A program made the position numbers and the translations under genes. Shown piece by piece: positions 8,481-17,100 of a stretch of 55,474 nucleotides of DNA. Below the pieces are notes generated by a model, which worked only from the letters and a program-made list of their open reading frames with translations, searched no databases and was not told the DNA's origin. The first letter of the stretch is position 1; each line of letters opens with the position of its first letter. The DNA is from a virus (lineage: Duplodnaviria > Caudoviricetes). The stretch lies in the IMG/VR virus record IMGVR_UViG_3300037231_000117, positions 1-55,474 of that record, one strand, 5' to 3'.

Positions 8481-8740
8481 CAGCCAGCTTCTCCGACATC
8501 CACCCAGCGCACGCCGTTGGTTACTGGCATCCGCAAGGTGCCGCTCTCCAACCGCGCCAGCACGATCCGCAGCATCGGCACCAGGTCGATCGCAGCGGCA
8601 TTGCTATAGAGCGCGAGCCGCGTACTGCCGGCCGCCGGGTCGAACGCGATCACCACTACCCGTTCGTTCGGCTCGACCTGGCCCAGCGTGTCGATCAGCG
8701 TCGCCGCAGCGGTCGTCAGGTGAGGGAACGTATCGCCCAT
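8480..8740 (-). CDS. Hypothetical protein
   Basis: Coupled to the rep stop and to the next gene. Confidence 0.65.
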   Translation of the reverse strand: MGDTFPHLTTAAATLIDTLGQVEPNERVVVIAFDPAAGSTRLALYSNAAAIDLVPMLRIVLARLESGTLRMPVTNGVRWVDVGEAG

Positions 8741-10284
8741 TATCCGGTAACCGGTGCATCGGAAACTGCCGGCATCAACCGAAACTCGACGTCGTCGATC
8801 CCAAACGTTGGACCCAGCAACATCTTTCGCAGATAGCTGTAGCCGCCTTCACGTGCCTTATCCCGCTGGTACGCGCTTGGCAGCGCCATGATGGCCACAC
8901 CCTCATCGACGCCGGCGAAAGCCATCTCGCGCAGCCACATCCGGTATGATTCTTCTCCGACCAGGGTCTTTAGTGCCGCGCGCGCGTGCTGCCACTTCCT
9001 CAGCAGATCCGGGGAGGAGGCGAGCCACCCCTCGGTCGCGACAACCCGTTCCTCTTCGGCGGCAAGCCTGGCCTCCAGCGCCTGCTGCTTGGCTACAAGC
9101 GCCGGCGAGACGGGCGCGGTGGCAGCGACACGCTTGGCGGGGATATCGCCACGCCGGCGCTCCCGGGCTTCGCGCACCGAATTGCTGAAAAAGGCCAGGC
9201 CGTTCGGCACACTTCCCATCAAGTTCGCCATCCTGATCTGGACGACGGCGCGAATCGTGTCCGGAGTCTCCCCATCGTCAAGCCATCCCTGAACTGCCCC
9301 GAGGTCCTTGGCGTGAGGTGGACGGCCCGGCGACACGATCGCCTTCAGCTCCGCAGTGAGGCTGGCGACGGCAGGACTTTCTCCGGACACATCGGCGGGA
9401 CTTTCTCCGGACACTTCGGGACTTTCTCCGGACAAACCAGAGTGACTTTCTCCGGACAACGGCGCGCGGCTCTCAGTTGCTGGTACTGATGCTAAGTGAT
9501 GGATATCCCTTGTACTGGCATCAGTACCAGCCGCGCGGGCGATCCGCTCGCTGTCCGGAGAAAGTCGCTCGTCGTTGTCCGGAGAAAGTCCCGAAGTGTC
9601 CGGAGAAAGTCCCCCTGATGTGTCCGGAGAAAGTCCACTTTCTCCGGACAACGAGAGGTCTCCCATGACCACGTCATACATCGACGGATTTTGCGCGGGC
9701 CGCGTTCTTTTCGTCCGACGCGCGGCGGCCGTCTGGTCCCGGAAGCCCCACCGGTGCGGCATCGCGACGCCCCCGGCCGCCAGGTCCACCAGCATGGAGT
9801 GGCGGAACAGCTTATCGAGCTGGGCGCCTTCAATACCCTCGAACACCGACAGAAACTCATCTCGCGAGTGATATACGTCACCAGGTTGGCCGAACGTTAG
9901 GTTGACGCCATCGTCGGCGAGAGTGCGGATCTCGATCAGCGCCTCGACCCAAAATTCCCGGGTCTCCGCATCCAACAGCCCCTTGAACGCCCGCACGTTG
10001 CGGATCGCGGCGAAGGCGCGGCGCAGCATGTTGCCCTCGGACATGCGCTTGGGCGGCGCTGGCTCCCGATCAGGCGCGGCTTCGGGTTGCGCCTCGACCG
10101 CAGCAAGCGGGCGAACCAGCTTCATCATCCGGTACACTTCGGACCTCATCATGCCGGCCCGCAAGGCGATCGTGCTGACGGACACCCCATGATCGGCGAG
10201 CGTTATGTACAGCCGACCGCGTGCGAGTGTTTCAGGGTCGGCGCCCGCCGGGCGTCCCGTGCGTCCTGTTGCATTGCTGGACAT
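8740..10284 (-). CDS. Replication initiator-like protein with N-terminal HTH, internal iterons and C-terminal DnaA-N-like domain (ORF open to 10464)
   Basis: GGGAG RBS before ATG 10284; iteron array inside the gene as in lambdoid O genes; WQHARAALKTLVGEESYRMWL..LPSAYQRD resembles DnaA domain I. Confidence 0.75.
   Translation of the reverse strand: MSSNATGRTGRPAGADPETLARGRLYITLADHGVSVSTIALRAGMMRSEVYRMMKLVRPLAAVEAQPEAAPDREPAPPKRMSEGNMLRRAFAAIRNVRAFKGLLDAETREFWVEALIEIRTLADDGVNLTFGQPGDVYHSRDEFLSVFEGIEGAQLDKLFRHSMLVDLAAGGVAMPHRWGFRDQTAAARRTKRTRPAQNPSMYDVVMGDLSLSGESGLSPDTSGGLSPDTSGLSPDNDERLSPDSERIARAAGTDASTRDIHHLASVPATESRAPLSGESHSGLSGESPEVSGESPADVSGESPAVASLTAELKAIVSPGRPPHAKDLGAVQGWLDDGETPDTIRAVVQIRMANLMGSVPNGLAFFSNSVREARERRRGDIPAKRVAATAPVSPALVAKQQALEARLAAEEERVVATEGWLASSPDLLRKWQHARAALKTLVGEESYRMWLREMAFAGVDEGVAIMALPSAYQRDKAREGGYSYLRKMLLGPTFGIDDVEFRLMPAVSDAPVTG
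9374..9650. repeat. Putative replication origin: mirror-symmetric iteron array
   Basis: gactttctccggaca at 9375, 9399, 9420, 9444; inverted at 9552, 9576, 9597, 9621; partial direct copy at 9637; central 14-bp inverted repeat 9479-9492/9518-9531. Confidence 0.85.
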
Positions 10285-10695
10285 CAATTCGCTCCCGTGA
10301 CGGGCGCCTGCGTGCCCGCGAACGCAGTCTCCCGGCTTGCATCGCCGCAGCCGCGGTAGCATCGAGCGTGTCTGAGCGCCCGAATCATGCGCCCACCCCG
10401 GCGCGAAACGATTTAACAAAGTTTGCGTTTCGGAGGGCTGGACAGGGCCAGATCGAATTGGCATATACGTTCACGTAGTTGGTTCTCCCCGCCCTCGGTT
10501 GACTTCTGATCAACCGGGGGTTCACTTTGATTTAGGTAGAGGACAGCTCATTCACCTCGTTAGATCGTGACGGAAGACAGATCACGCTAGAAACCGGACA
10601 CTCGTTTCTACGCACCGATCGATCCGTCGCCAGCACGCTGCTTTCGCCGTTTGTGTAGGTCTGGACTCGACGTTTTTGCCATAGCGATATGATCC

Positions 10696-11256
10696 TCATG
10701 GTGGTGGTCCGCGCGCCAGAGCGCCCACAGGCGCGCCGCCCCGGCGTAGACGTTCGGCGACTGCCCGCGCTGCTGCGGGGTTGTTCAACGTCAAGGTGGA
10801 TGCCCGCGCCGGTGGCTTCGGAGGTGCCTGACGCTCGGCCTTCGGCGCCTTACACGGCAGCGCTGCGGCTTTCGGTGGCTGTGGCGTCCAGTCGGGTCGT
10901 TCGACCCCGAGCAGCCGATGCCAGTTGCCGCGCACGATCAGGACCAAACCGTTCGGCAGCGTCACGCGGTAATGGTATCGACCCATGCGTTCGGCAGTGT
11001 GGTATTGGATCTGCACCCTGATAAGGCTGTATTCCCCATGGGCGGCGGGGCGGCCGACCAGGTGATAGAATTGCCGATGGAACGACCAGGACTCGCTGCC
11101 GAGTTGCCAGCCATCGGGGATAGCGGCCACGCCGGGCGGCAGGCATGCGCTGCACAGGTCCGCCTCAATCCAGTGACACGGGACGCCGGTGCGCTCGATG
11201 CAGCTCGAGCAATCGTCGTCCGTGCATCCACATACGCGGCATGATCGCGGGGTCAC
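10696..11256 (-). CDS. Hypothetical protein with a Cys-rich N-terminal domain
   Basis: CRVCGCTDDDCSSC...CHW..DLCSAC. Confidence 0.65.
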   Translation of the reverse strand: MTPRSCRVCGCTDDDCSSCIERTGVPCHWIEADLCSACLPPGVAAIPDGWQLGSESWSFHRQFYHLVGRPAAHGEYSLIRVQIQYHTAERMGRYHYRVTLPNGLVLIVRGNWHRLLGVERPDWTPQPPKAAALPCKAPKAERQAPPKPPARASTLTLNNPAAARAVAERLRRGGAPVGALARGPPP

Positions 11257-11361
11257 GGAAGCACCAACGGACAGTCAGCAGTTTGCAGCAGGCGCCACCG
11301 TCGGCGCGCGAGCGGACTGTGAACGCGGATTCTCACGATGAGATCCGCGAGTCCGATCATC

Positions 11362-11589
11362 TCAAGCGGCTTTGGATGTCTGGTCGGTATCGGACTCTTG
11401 GGTCTCTGGCAAAAAGTCGATCGGCTGCACAGAGCCATTCGTTGCCCGTTGGACCGCAAGCATTTTGACGAGGCCCGGCTTTCGGCGGCCATTTGTCCAA
11501 CCATGCACCGTCGTTATCTTCTCCCCGAGCGAACGGGCGAAGGCGGTCAGGCTTAATCCTTGCTGGTCCAGGTATGTGCCGAGCTTCAT
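11362..11589 (-). CDS. Cro/YdaS-like HTH regulator (probably leaderless)
   Basis: MKLGTYLDQQGLSLTAFARSLG..TTVHGW..GRRKP..ATNGSVQPIDF. Confidence 0.88.
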   Translation of the reverse strand: MKLGTYLDQQGLSLTAFARSLGEKITTVHGWTNGRRKPGLVKMLAVQRATNGSVQPIDFLPETQESDTDQTSKAA

Positions 11590-11596
11590 GGCCGTC

Positions 11597-11625
11597 ATTA
11601 CGCAATGAGCGTACGGTTGAGTCAA
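11597..11625 (-). promoter_or_regulatory. Leftward promoter for the cro/rep operon
   Basis: TTGACT-N17-CGTAAT ending 7 nt before the cro ATG. Confidence 0.65.
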
Positions 11626-11651
11626 GAGCAACCACAGCGGCTCTCCGGAAA

Positions 11652-11704
11652 ATTCGCGGGTTGCATATATTTTGTTGACAGATAATCCGCAAGTTGCGAA
11701 TAAT
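11652..11704 (+). promoter_or_regulatory. Rightward early promoter with a 17-bp operator between -35 and -10
   Basis: TTGACA(11675)-N18-AATAAT; atccgcaa-g-ttgcgaat at 11685-11701; degenerate site at 11652-11668. Confidence 0.65.
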
Positions 11705-11729
11705 CCCCCATCGAGGCGCTCCGGCCTTG

Positions 11730-12239
11730 ATGAGCGAGGACCGTTTGATGCTGATAACCCGCATACTTCCGACTGTCGCCGAACTGGTCGCCCTGGCCAT
11801 CGTCAAAACACCGTTTGTCGCCGAATCCATCGGCCCCGATTCGCACGACTTGCGGATCAGCGCCGAACTCTGCGCCGAACTCGCCGCGGAATTTTGGGAG
11901 AATGAGCGCGGCGCCGTCGCCGGCGTGACCATCTCGCCGGATCTGACCGCCGAGACCGCCGTGGCGCTCGAAGCGCACGGCCGGACGATGCGCGATGCGA
12001 GCGACAATGCGCTCTATCAGGCTCACGCGAAACTGGGGCGCGCGATCGCACTGCTTGCCACCGCACAACGCAGCGTCGCAGGCACCCTCCCGCTCGCTGC
12101 CGCCGAAGTGCTGATGGACGGTATCGAGGACGATTTCGCCAACATCCGCGTCGCACTGACCCGCGCGGCCGAAGTGACCGGGAACGCGATCGACAGCATC
12201 GAGTGGGCCGCTTCGGCGCGGCGGCTAGAGGCCGCGTGA
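11730..12239 (+). CDS. Hypothetical early protein
   Basis: First gene of the rightward operon, TGATG-coupled to the next gene. Confidence 0.7.
   Translation: MSEDRLMLITRILPTVAELVALAIVKTPFVAESIGPDSHDLRISAELCAELAAEFWENERGAVAGVTISPDLTAETAVALEAHGRTMRDASDNALYQAHAKLGRAIALLATAQRSVAGTLPLAAAEVLMDGIEDDFANIRVALTRAAEVTGNAIDSIEWAASARRLEAA
11971..12001 (+). repeat. 31-bp exact direct repeat, copy 1 (copy 2 at 14391-14421)
   Basis: aagcgcacggccggacgatgcgcgatgcgag. Confidence 0.9.
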
Positions 12240-12472
12240 TGGCCGTCGAACCACTCCCGGCCGGCGTCCGCGTGCATCTTCTGGCGATCCTGGCTCTCGG
12301 CTACCCGGCGGGCGCCCGGCAGACCCAGCTCGGCAACGCGCCGGACGCCGTGATCGCCTGGCAGGCACAGAGCATGCTCGACGATTACGCCGCCTATGCC
12401 AACGACAACACCGACCCCAGCCCGGACCCCAGCGACCGCTGGATGTCCATTCAAACAGGAGTTGCAGCGTAA
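12239..12472 (+). CDS. Hypothetical protein
   Basis: Coupled on both sides. Confidence 0.6.
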   Translation: MAVEPLPAGVRVHLLAILALGYPAGARQTQLGNAPDAVIAWQAQSMLDDYAAYANDNTDPSPDPSDRWMSIQTGVAA

Positions 12473-13152
12473 TGGCCATTATTCATGACGTGATTCAAGG
12501 CTCGCCGGAATGGCTGGCCTTGCGCCTCGGGATCCCCACAGCGAGCGCATTCCACAAGGTCATCACTGCCGTCAAAGGCGACCTGTCCAAGTCCGCTCGC
12601 AAATATGCACAGGCCCTCGTCGCCGAGACACTGTTGGGTCATTCACTGGAAAGCCAGCCCAGCACCTGGGCGATGCAGCGCGGCAAGGACTTGGAGCCGT
12701 TGGCGCGGGCGGCATACGCCCGCGAGAACAACGTCGAAGTCCGCCAGGTCGGGTTCGTCACCACCAACGACGGGCATGTCGGCGCCTCGCCAGACGGTTT
12801 GATCGTCGGCGCGCGGCGTGGCGTCGAAATTAAATGCCTTCTCGACGATTCTCATTTCGCCGCCTTCATTGACGGTCCCGGTGACGACTTCAAACAGCAG
12901 GTGCAAGGCAATCTCGGGGTGTGCGAGTTGGCCGAATGGGATCTCTACCTCTGGCATCCGAACCCGAATCTGAAGCCGATCACGATCCGCACCCTTCGCG
13001 ATGAGCCATACATCACCAAGATGGGCGTCGCCCTCGCCGAATTCCTGGTGATGCGCAACGAGATGCTGGCGACCGCGAAAGCGGCGGGCTGGGGAGCGGT
13101 GCCCGGCTACACGCCGCCAGCGACGTTCGGCGCGATGAGGATCGCCGCGTAA
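12472..13152 (+). CDS. YqaJ/lambda-exonuclease family recombination nuclease
   Basis: QGSPEWLALRLGIPTAS, MQRGKDLEP, GASPDG, EIKC, QVQ. Confidence 0.93.
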   Translation: MAIIHDVIQGSPEWLALRLGIPTASAFHKVITAVKGDLSKSARKYAQALVAETLLGHSLESQPSTWAMQRGKDLEPLARAAYARENNVEVRQVGFVTTNDGHVGASPDGLIVGARRGVEIKCLLDDSHFAAFIDGPGDDFKQQVQGNLGVCELAEWDLYLWHPNPNLKPITIRTLRDEPYITKMGVALAEFLVMRNEMLATAKAAGWGAVPGYTPPATFGAMRIAA

Positions 13153-13185
13153 CGACTTCAACATCACACACAAGGGACCACGACA

Positions 13186-13863
13186 ATGTCACTCGGACTT
13201 TCAATCTACCACGCCAGCGGCGATTTTCAGCCTCGCATCGAGTTTAACGCGAAAAGCGGGCGCATGTGCCGGGTAGACCGCACAGCAGACGGCACCGACA
13301 CCATCAAGGTTGACGTGACCATGCAGCAACCGGCGTACGCATGGGATATCGGATCGATCGAGATCGGCTGGGCGAACTTCCAGGCCGCTACGGTCCCAAG
13401 CATGGTCATGGTGCCGTACGGCCAGTCGATGCCCGAGCGTCCGAACCGCGAGCATAAGGCGGGTTTCAAGTCCAAACTGTGGGACGGCCGCGAGGCGACC
13501 GCGCGGCAGTTTTGCGCCACCGCCGGCGTAACGGTCATCGCGATCGAAGCACTATGGGATCAGCTTGCCGCCGCGCCCGAAGCGGCGGCCGGCAAGGTGC
13601 CTGTCCTCCGCCTTGTGGATGTCAGCCCGATCACGACCGGCCGCGGCACGAACTACGCGCCTGTGTTCACCGTGCTCCAGTGGATCGCTCGCGACGAAAC
13701 CGTGTTCGGCCCACGCACGGTCGCAGCACCGGGCCAGCCGCCCATCGTGTTGACGCTGGTCCAGACGACGCCCGCAGCACCGGCCGCACTACCGCCAGCA
13801 GCTTGGGAGACGGCCGCACCCGCGATCGTCGATCGCATCGCCCAATGGCCGGTCGCCGCTTAA
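13186..13863 (+). CDS. Putative ssDNA-binding/annealing partner of the exonuclease
   Basis: Directly follows the exonuclease; beta-rich, aromatic sequence; function inferred from position. Confidence 0.5.
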   Translation: MSLGLSIYHASGDFQPRIEFNAKSGRMCRVDRTADGTDTIKVDVTMQQPAYAWDIGSIEIGWANFQAATVPSMVMVPYGQSMPERPNREHKAGFKSKLWDGREATARQFCATAGVTVIAIEALWDQLAAAPEAAAGKVPVLRLVDVSPITTGRGTNYAPVFTVLQWIARDETVFGPRTVAAPGQPPIVLTLVQTTPAAPAALPPAAWETAAPAIVDRIAQWPVAA

Positions 13864-13907
13864 ACCCGCCTAACCCCGCTTAACCCACATCACCCGGAGT
13901 AACCCCG

Positions 13908-14246
13908 ATGACCGACCCCACCACCACCACCAGCCCACTCGACGCTGCAATCGCCGTCATCATGGATCGCGCCCGCGAACTCGAAACCGAGATCGTGGGA
14001 CACCAGCGCTGCATCGAAGTCGCGACCGCCAGCCGGAACGAGCTACTCGACCTGATCGCCACGCTCGGCCGCAAGCCGCGCGCTCGGAAACCCCGTATGG
14101 TCACCGAGAACGGCAACCAGACGGAGGAACCCACGCGCTCGGTAGGCGCTGGCCGGGCGCCGGAAAGCTCGACGGTGGACGCTGCCCCGGCGCTGAGTGT
14201 CTTCGGCGCGCTGCCCCCTCATGCGGCCAACGACGCGGCAGCGTAA
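13908..14246 (+). CDS. Hypothetical coiled-coil protein
   Basis: GGAG RBS; preceded by TAACCC repeats. Confidence 0.65.
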   Translation: MTDPTTTTSPLDAAIAVIMDRARELETEIVGHQRCIEVATASRNELLDLIATLGRKPRARKPRMVTENGNQTEEPTRSVGAGRAPESSTVDAAPALSVFGALPPHAANDAAA

Positions 14247-14272
14247 TCCAGACCAAAAGCTACCACGACGAG

Positions 14273-14304
14273 GAGCGGCGCCCTGACGGGCGCCGTTTCG
14301 CGTT
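14273..14304 (+). terminator. Putative intrinsic terminator
   Basis: gcggcgccc-tgac-gggcgccgt followed by ttcgcgtt. Confidence 0.55.
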
Positions 14305-14363
14305 CGGGCCTGGACAGATCGCTACAACGCTGCGCTAAATCCGCTAGAAGCGAAAATCGAGTG

Positions 14364-14579
14364 ATGAACACCGATATGAACGACGAACCAAAGCGCACGG
14401 CCGGACGATGCGCGATGCGAGTCCAGGGGTCGCTGTTCGGAGCCGTGTCGCTGATCCGCGAATGGGGCCGGATCGGATCGCCCGGGCGCGTCAGGGAGGA
14501 CGCGCGCGCCACCATTGGAGATCTCGTCGCAGCAGCCGAGCGGATCGGCGCGGCCAAGCAACGGAAGGGATACCGGTGA
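14364..14579 (+). CDS. WGR-domain protein (N-terminus possibly disrupted)
   Basis: VQGSLFGAVSLIREWGRIGSPGR...KQRKGY. Confidence 0.75.
   Translation: MNTDMNDEPKRTAGRCAMRVQGSLFGAVSLIREWGRIGSPGRVREDARATIGDLVAAAERIGAAKQRKGYR
14391..14421 (+). repeat. 31-bp exact direct repeat, copy 2
   Basis: Identical to 11971-12001. Confidence 0.9.
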
Positions 14580-14674
14580 TGCTGCCTTACGAAAATGCGA
14601 CTTCCGGCAAAGCTGCGATCGACGGGATGCAGAAAATCCTGGAGCATTGGTTGGAACGAAAGGGGATTGCGGCA

Positions 14675-14989
14675 ATGACCGAGGCGCACCGGGTCTGGAT
14701 CGCCCAATGCCTGTGTCCGCAACGGCACGCCATCCTGGCCGCGGCAGCCGTGGCCGAAGATGAGGCCGACGCCCAGGAAACCATTGTTAAGCCGCTTCGA
14801 ACGCAGATCACTGACCTGGTGCGAATTGGCGCGCTGAATCCGTGGTGTGGTCTATGCCACGCGCCAATTGATGATTGGCGCTATGAAGTCGGCCGTACGC
14901 CGTTCCGTTCGATGGAGGAAGGCACCTCGTCACTCAGGCAGAGCGAACGCGAGCAGGCCGCGACAAGGCAGGCGTTCGGAGATGGTTGA
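14675..14989 (+). CDS. Hypothetical Cys/His protein (ORF open from 14579)
   Basis: AAGGGG RBS; QCLCPQRH...PWCGLCH. Confidence 0.65.
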   Translation: MTEAHRVWIAQCLCPQRHAILAAAAVAEDEADAQETIVKPLRTQITDLVRIGALNPWCGLCHAPIDDWRYEVGRTPFRSMEEGTSSLRQSEREQAATRQAFGDG

Positions 14990-15140
14990 TCAAGAACTCC
15001 CACCGTGTCACCGGCATCCCGACAAGCGATGCCCCGGCGAGTGCCAGTATATCCTGGCGCGTCACGAGTGCTGGGTAGAACTGTCGCCCGAACGTACGCC
15101 CGATGGCAGCGATTATCCGAGCGGAAGGGTGCCGTCATGA
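14982..15140 (+). CDS. Small Cys-rich hypothetical protein
   Basis: GGAG RBS, overlaps both neighbours. Confidence 0.45.
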   Translation: MVDQELPPCHRHPDKRCPGECQYILARHECWVELSPERTPDGSDYPSGRVPS

Positions 15141-15607
15141 CGGAGATCCTTCTCGCCATCACCATTTGGCAGCCGTGGGCATCTTTGATCGCCGCTGGCG
15201 CCAAGCCTTACGAGTGGCGCGGCTGGGAAGTGCCGAAGGGCATGGTGGGGTCGAGGATCGCCATTCATGCAGGTTCGCGGATGGTAAGGCGTCGGGAGAT
15301 CAGCGAACTGCTGATCGACCTTAGACAAGACGAAGCAGCTACCAGCCTCGTCCGCGATATTGCGCTTCCGTTGCTCATGCGCTGGCACACGTCGCCGTCG
15401 ATGCTTCCGCTGTCCTCGGTATTATGCACTGCCCAACTAGGTCCACCGGTCCTTGCGCGGGATTATGCAGAGAAATGTGGCATCGATAGCGACCGGATCG
15501 ACCATTCGAAGTGGGGTTGGCCATTGACGGCGATCGAGGTGCTGGAACCTTTTGTGCCGGCATCCGGCCACCAAGGCTTCTGGAGGTGGAGTCGCCCCGA
15601 TGCCTGA
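15137..15607 (+). CDS. ASCH-domain protein
   Basis: AITIWQPWASLIAAGAKPYEWRGW..RIAIHAG..GHQGFWRW. Confidence 0.9.
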   Translation: MTEILLAITIWQPWASLIAAGAKPYEWRGWEVPKGMVGSRIAIHAGSRMVRRREISELLIDLRQDEAATSLVRDIALPLLMRWHTSPSMLPLSSVLCTAQLGPPVLARDYAEKCGIDSDRIDHSKWGWPLTAIEVLEPFVPASGHQGFWRWSRPDA

Positions 15608-15782
15608 TCCCGTCACCTGCCCGCTCTGCGGTGCGGTCACAAGCCGCCCGAACGACGGGCCCGTCGATTGGACCCTGGTGAAGTGGCGCACAGCTTTCCG
15701 TGCCGCCGTGGCCGCGAACGACACTAGAATCCAAGCGCTGCTGCTGGAGTTGTGCGCCGAATCCAAAGTGAGGGAGGGCTGA
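15600..15782 (+). CDS. Small protein with a CxxC knuckle
   Basis: PVTCPLCGAVTSRPND, paralogous to the N-terminus of the next gene. Confidence 0.55.
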   Translation: MPDPVTCPLCGAVTSRPNDGPVDWTLVKWRTAFRAAVAANDTRIQALLLELCAESKVREG

Positions 15783-16147
15783 TGTGCGGTCCCTTCACCT
15801 GCCCGATCTGCGGCGCCGTCAGCCATAACCGCAACGACGCCGTCCATCGCTACTGCGGGCGGTGCCACGTGTTCGTGGATGACGAGATCAATCGGCGCCC
15901 GCCGGAGGAAGCCCGCATGCAGATCACCATAAAGCCTACGGAAAAATTCTTCTTGCTCGGTGACGTCATGGTGCGCGCCTGGACCGGCACGACCGACGCC
16001 GGCGAGGCCGTTGTCGCCTTGGTCAGCGCGGTCCAAATCGCCACCGACGTTGACATCCCTGGATTGGTGTCGATCCCGCCGCCCGACCGGAAGCAGGCGG
16101 AAGAATGGGCGGCGAAGATCCAGCGCGGCGAGATTGATTTCAGCTAG
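15782..16147 (+). CDS. Zn-ribbon protein (possible internal start at 15917)
   Basis: FTCPICGAVSHNRND..YCGRCH; internal GGAGGA RBS before MQITIKP. Confidence 0.65.
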   Translation: MCGPFTCPICGAVSHNRNDAVHRYCGRCHVFVDDEINRRPPEEARMQITIKPTEKFFLLGDVMVRAWTGTTDAGEAVVALVSAVQIATDVDIPGLVSIPPPDRKQAEEWAAKIQRGEIDFS

Positions 16148-16155
16148 GCGCGTCG

Positions 16156-16191
16156 TGCATAAAAAATGCATAAAATGCATAAAATGCATAA
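16156..16191. repeat. TGCATAAAA tandem repeat x4
   Basis: tgcataaaaaatgcataaaatgcataaaatgcataa. Confidence 0.85.
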
Positions 16192-16203
16192 TCAGGAGGC
16201 CGT

Positions 16204-16491
16204 GTGCCACGCATCAGCGCCGCTCAATACCTGGCAGAAGTGCGCTGCATCGCTGCTCGGGAAAACGTCCTGATCCCCGACGGCGAACCCGAGGTTCGAT
16301 TGTTGATTGCACACTATCGGAATGACCGGGCGCCCGAATTCTGCGCCCAATCGATCCTGGGATACCGCAGCGCTGCAAATCTGACGCACTATCCTTTGGA
16401 AGACGCAACCGCGAGCAGCCCCGGCTTCTCCCTGCGCGCGCGCACCCGGGCCGCCGGCAGCCCCTCTCGCAGCAACCGGTTGGCCCGCTGA
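16204..16491 (+). CDS. Hypothetical protein
   Basis: AGGAGG RBS; 3' end overlaps the convergent RHH gene. Confidence 0.45.
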   Translation: MPRISAAQYLAEVRCIAARENVLIPDGEPEVRLLIAHYRNDRAPEFCAQSILGYRSAANLTHYPLEDATASSPGFSLRARTRAAGSPSRSNRLAR

Positions 16492-16787
16492 CGCAGCACC
16501 GGGGGCACATCCTGAGCGCCAGCCAGCGCCACGGCGGCCGCGATCGTGCGCTCGATGATGGCCAGCCAGTCAGGGGCGGACTGCTGACGATGCGGGGTGA
16601 TATCGACCGGCGACCCGGCGTCGGTCCATTCCCGCACCCGCCGCTCAAGCCACTGGCCGACGGTCAGGTTCTCGCGCTGTGCCGCACGAATGACCGCCTG
16701 GCGCGTTTCCGTCGGAATCGACTTCAGCGTCCACGGCCCAACTGTGTCTATCGGTTCGTTTTGATTGCCTGACATTGTGTTGGTCAT
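16389..16787 (-). CDS. Ribbon-helix-helix DNA-binding protein
   Basis: PWTLKSIPTETRQAVIRAAQRENLTVGQWLERRV, a strand-helix-helix pattern. Confidence 0.75.
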   Translation of the reverse strand: MTNTMSGNQNEPIDTVGPWTLKSIPTETRQAVIRAAQRENLTVGQWLERRVREWTDAGSPVDITPHRQQSAPDWLAIIERTIAAAVALAGAQDVPPVLRQRANRLLREGLPAARVRARREKPGLLAVASSKG

Positions 16788-16887
16788 CCTCGGTTGGAAA
16801 CACGGTCTGACTGCCCGTTGGATCGTCCAATAGGCCGGTATGACCCGGTTTCTGACTTAGTATGACCGAACTGATTAAGGCAATCCC

Positions 16888-17100
16888 TTATTGCGCGCGA
16901 GCGCCTGGCGGTCTGCGGCGCGCCGCCTCGGCCTCAATCCGCCGGAAAACGACCGCCACGAACAACGCGTCCGCGTCGGTCATGTGTTCAAGCCGAATCC
17001 GCCGCGTGTTGGTATCCACCCATTGCGTTCCAGGGAGCGTGTGCCGGCAAAACACAGCGATGTACTCGCGGGCCTTTGCGACGGCGTCGGCATCAGACAT
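16888..17100 (-). CDS. Hypothetical protein
   Basis: GAGGA RBS, native codon bias. Confidence 0.55.
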   Translation of the reverse strand: MSDADAVAKAREYIAVFCRHTLPGTQWVDTNTRRIRLEHMTDADALFVAVVFRRIEAEAARRRPPGARAQ

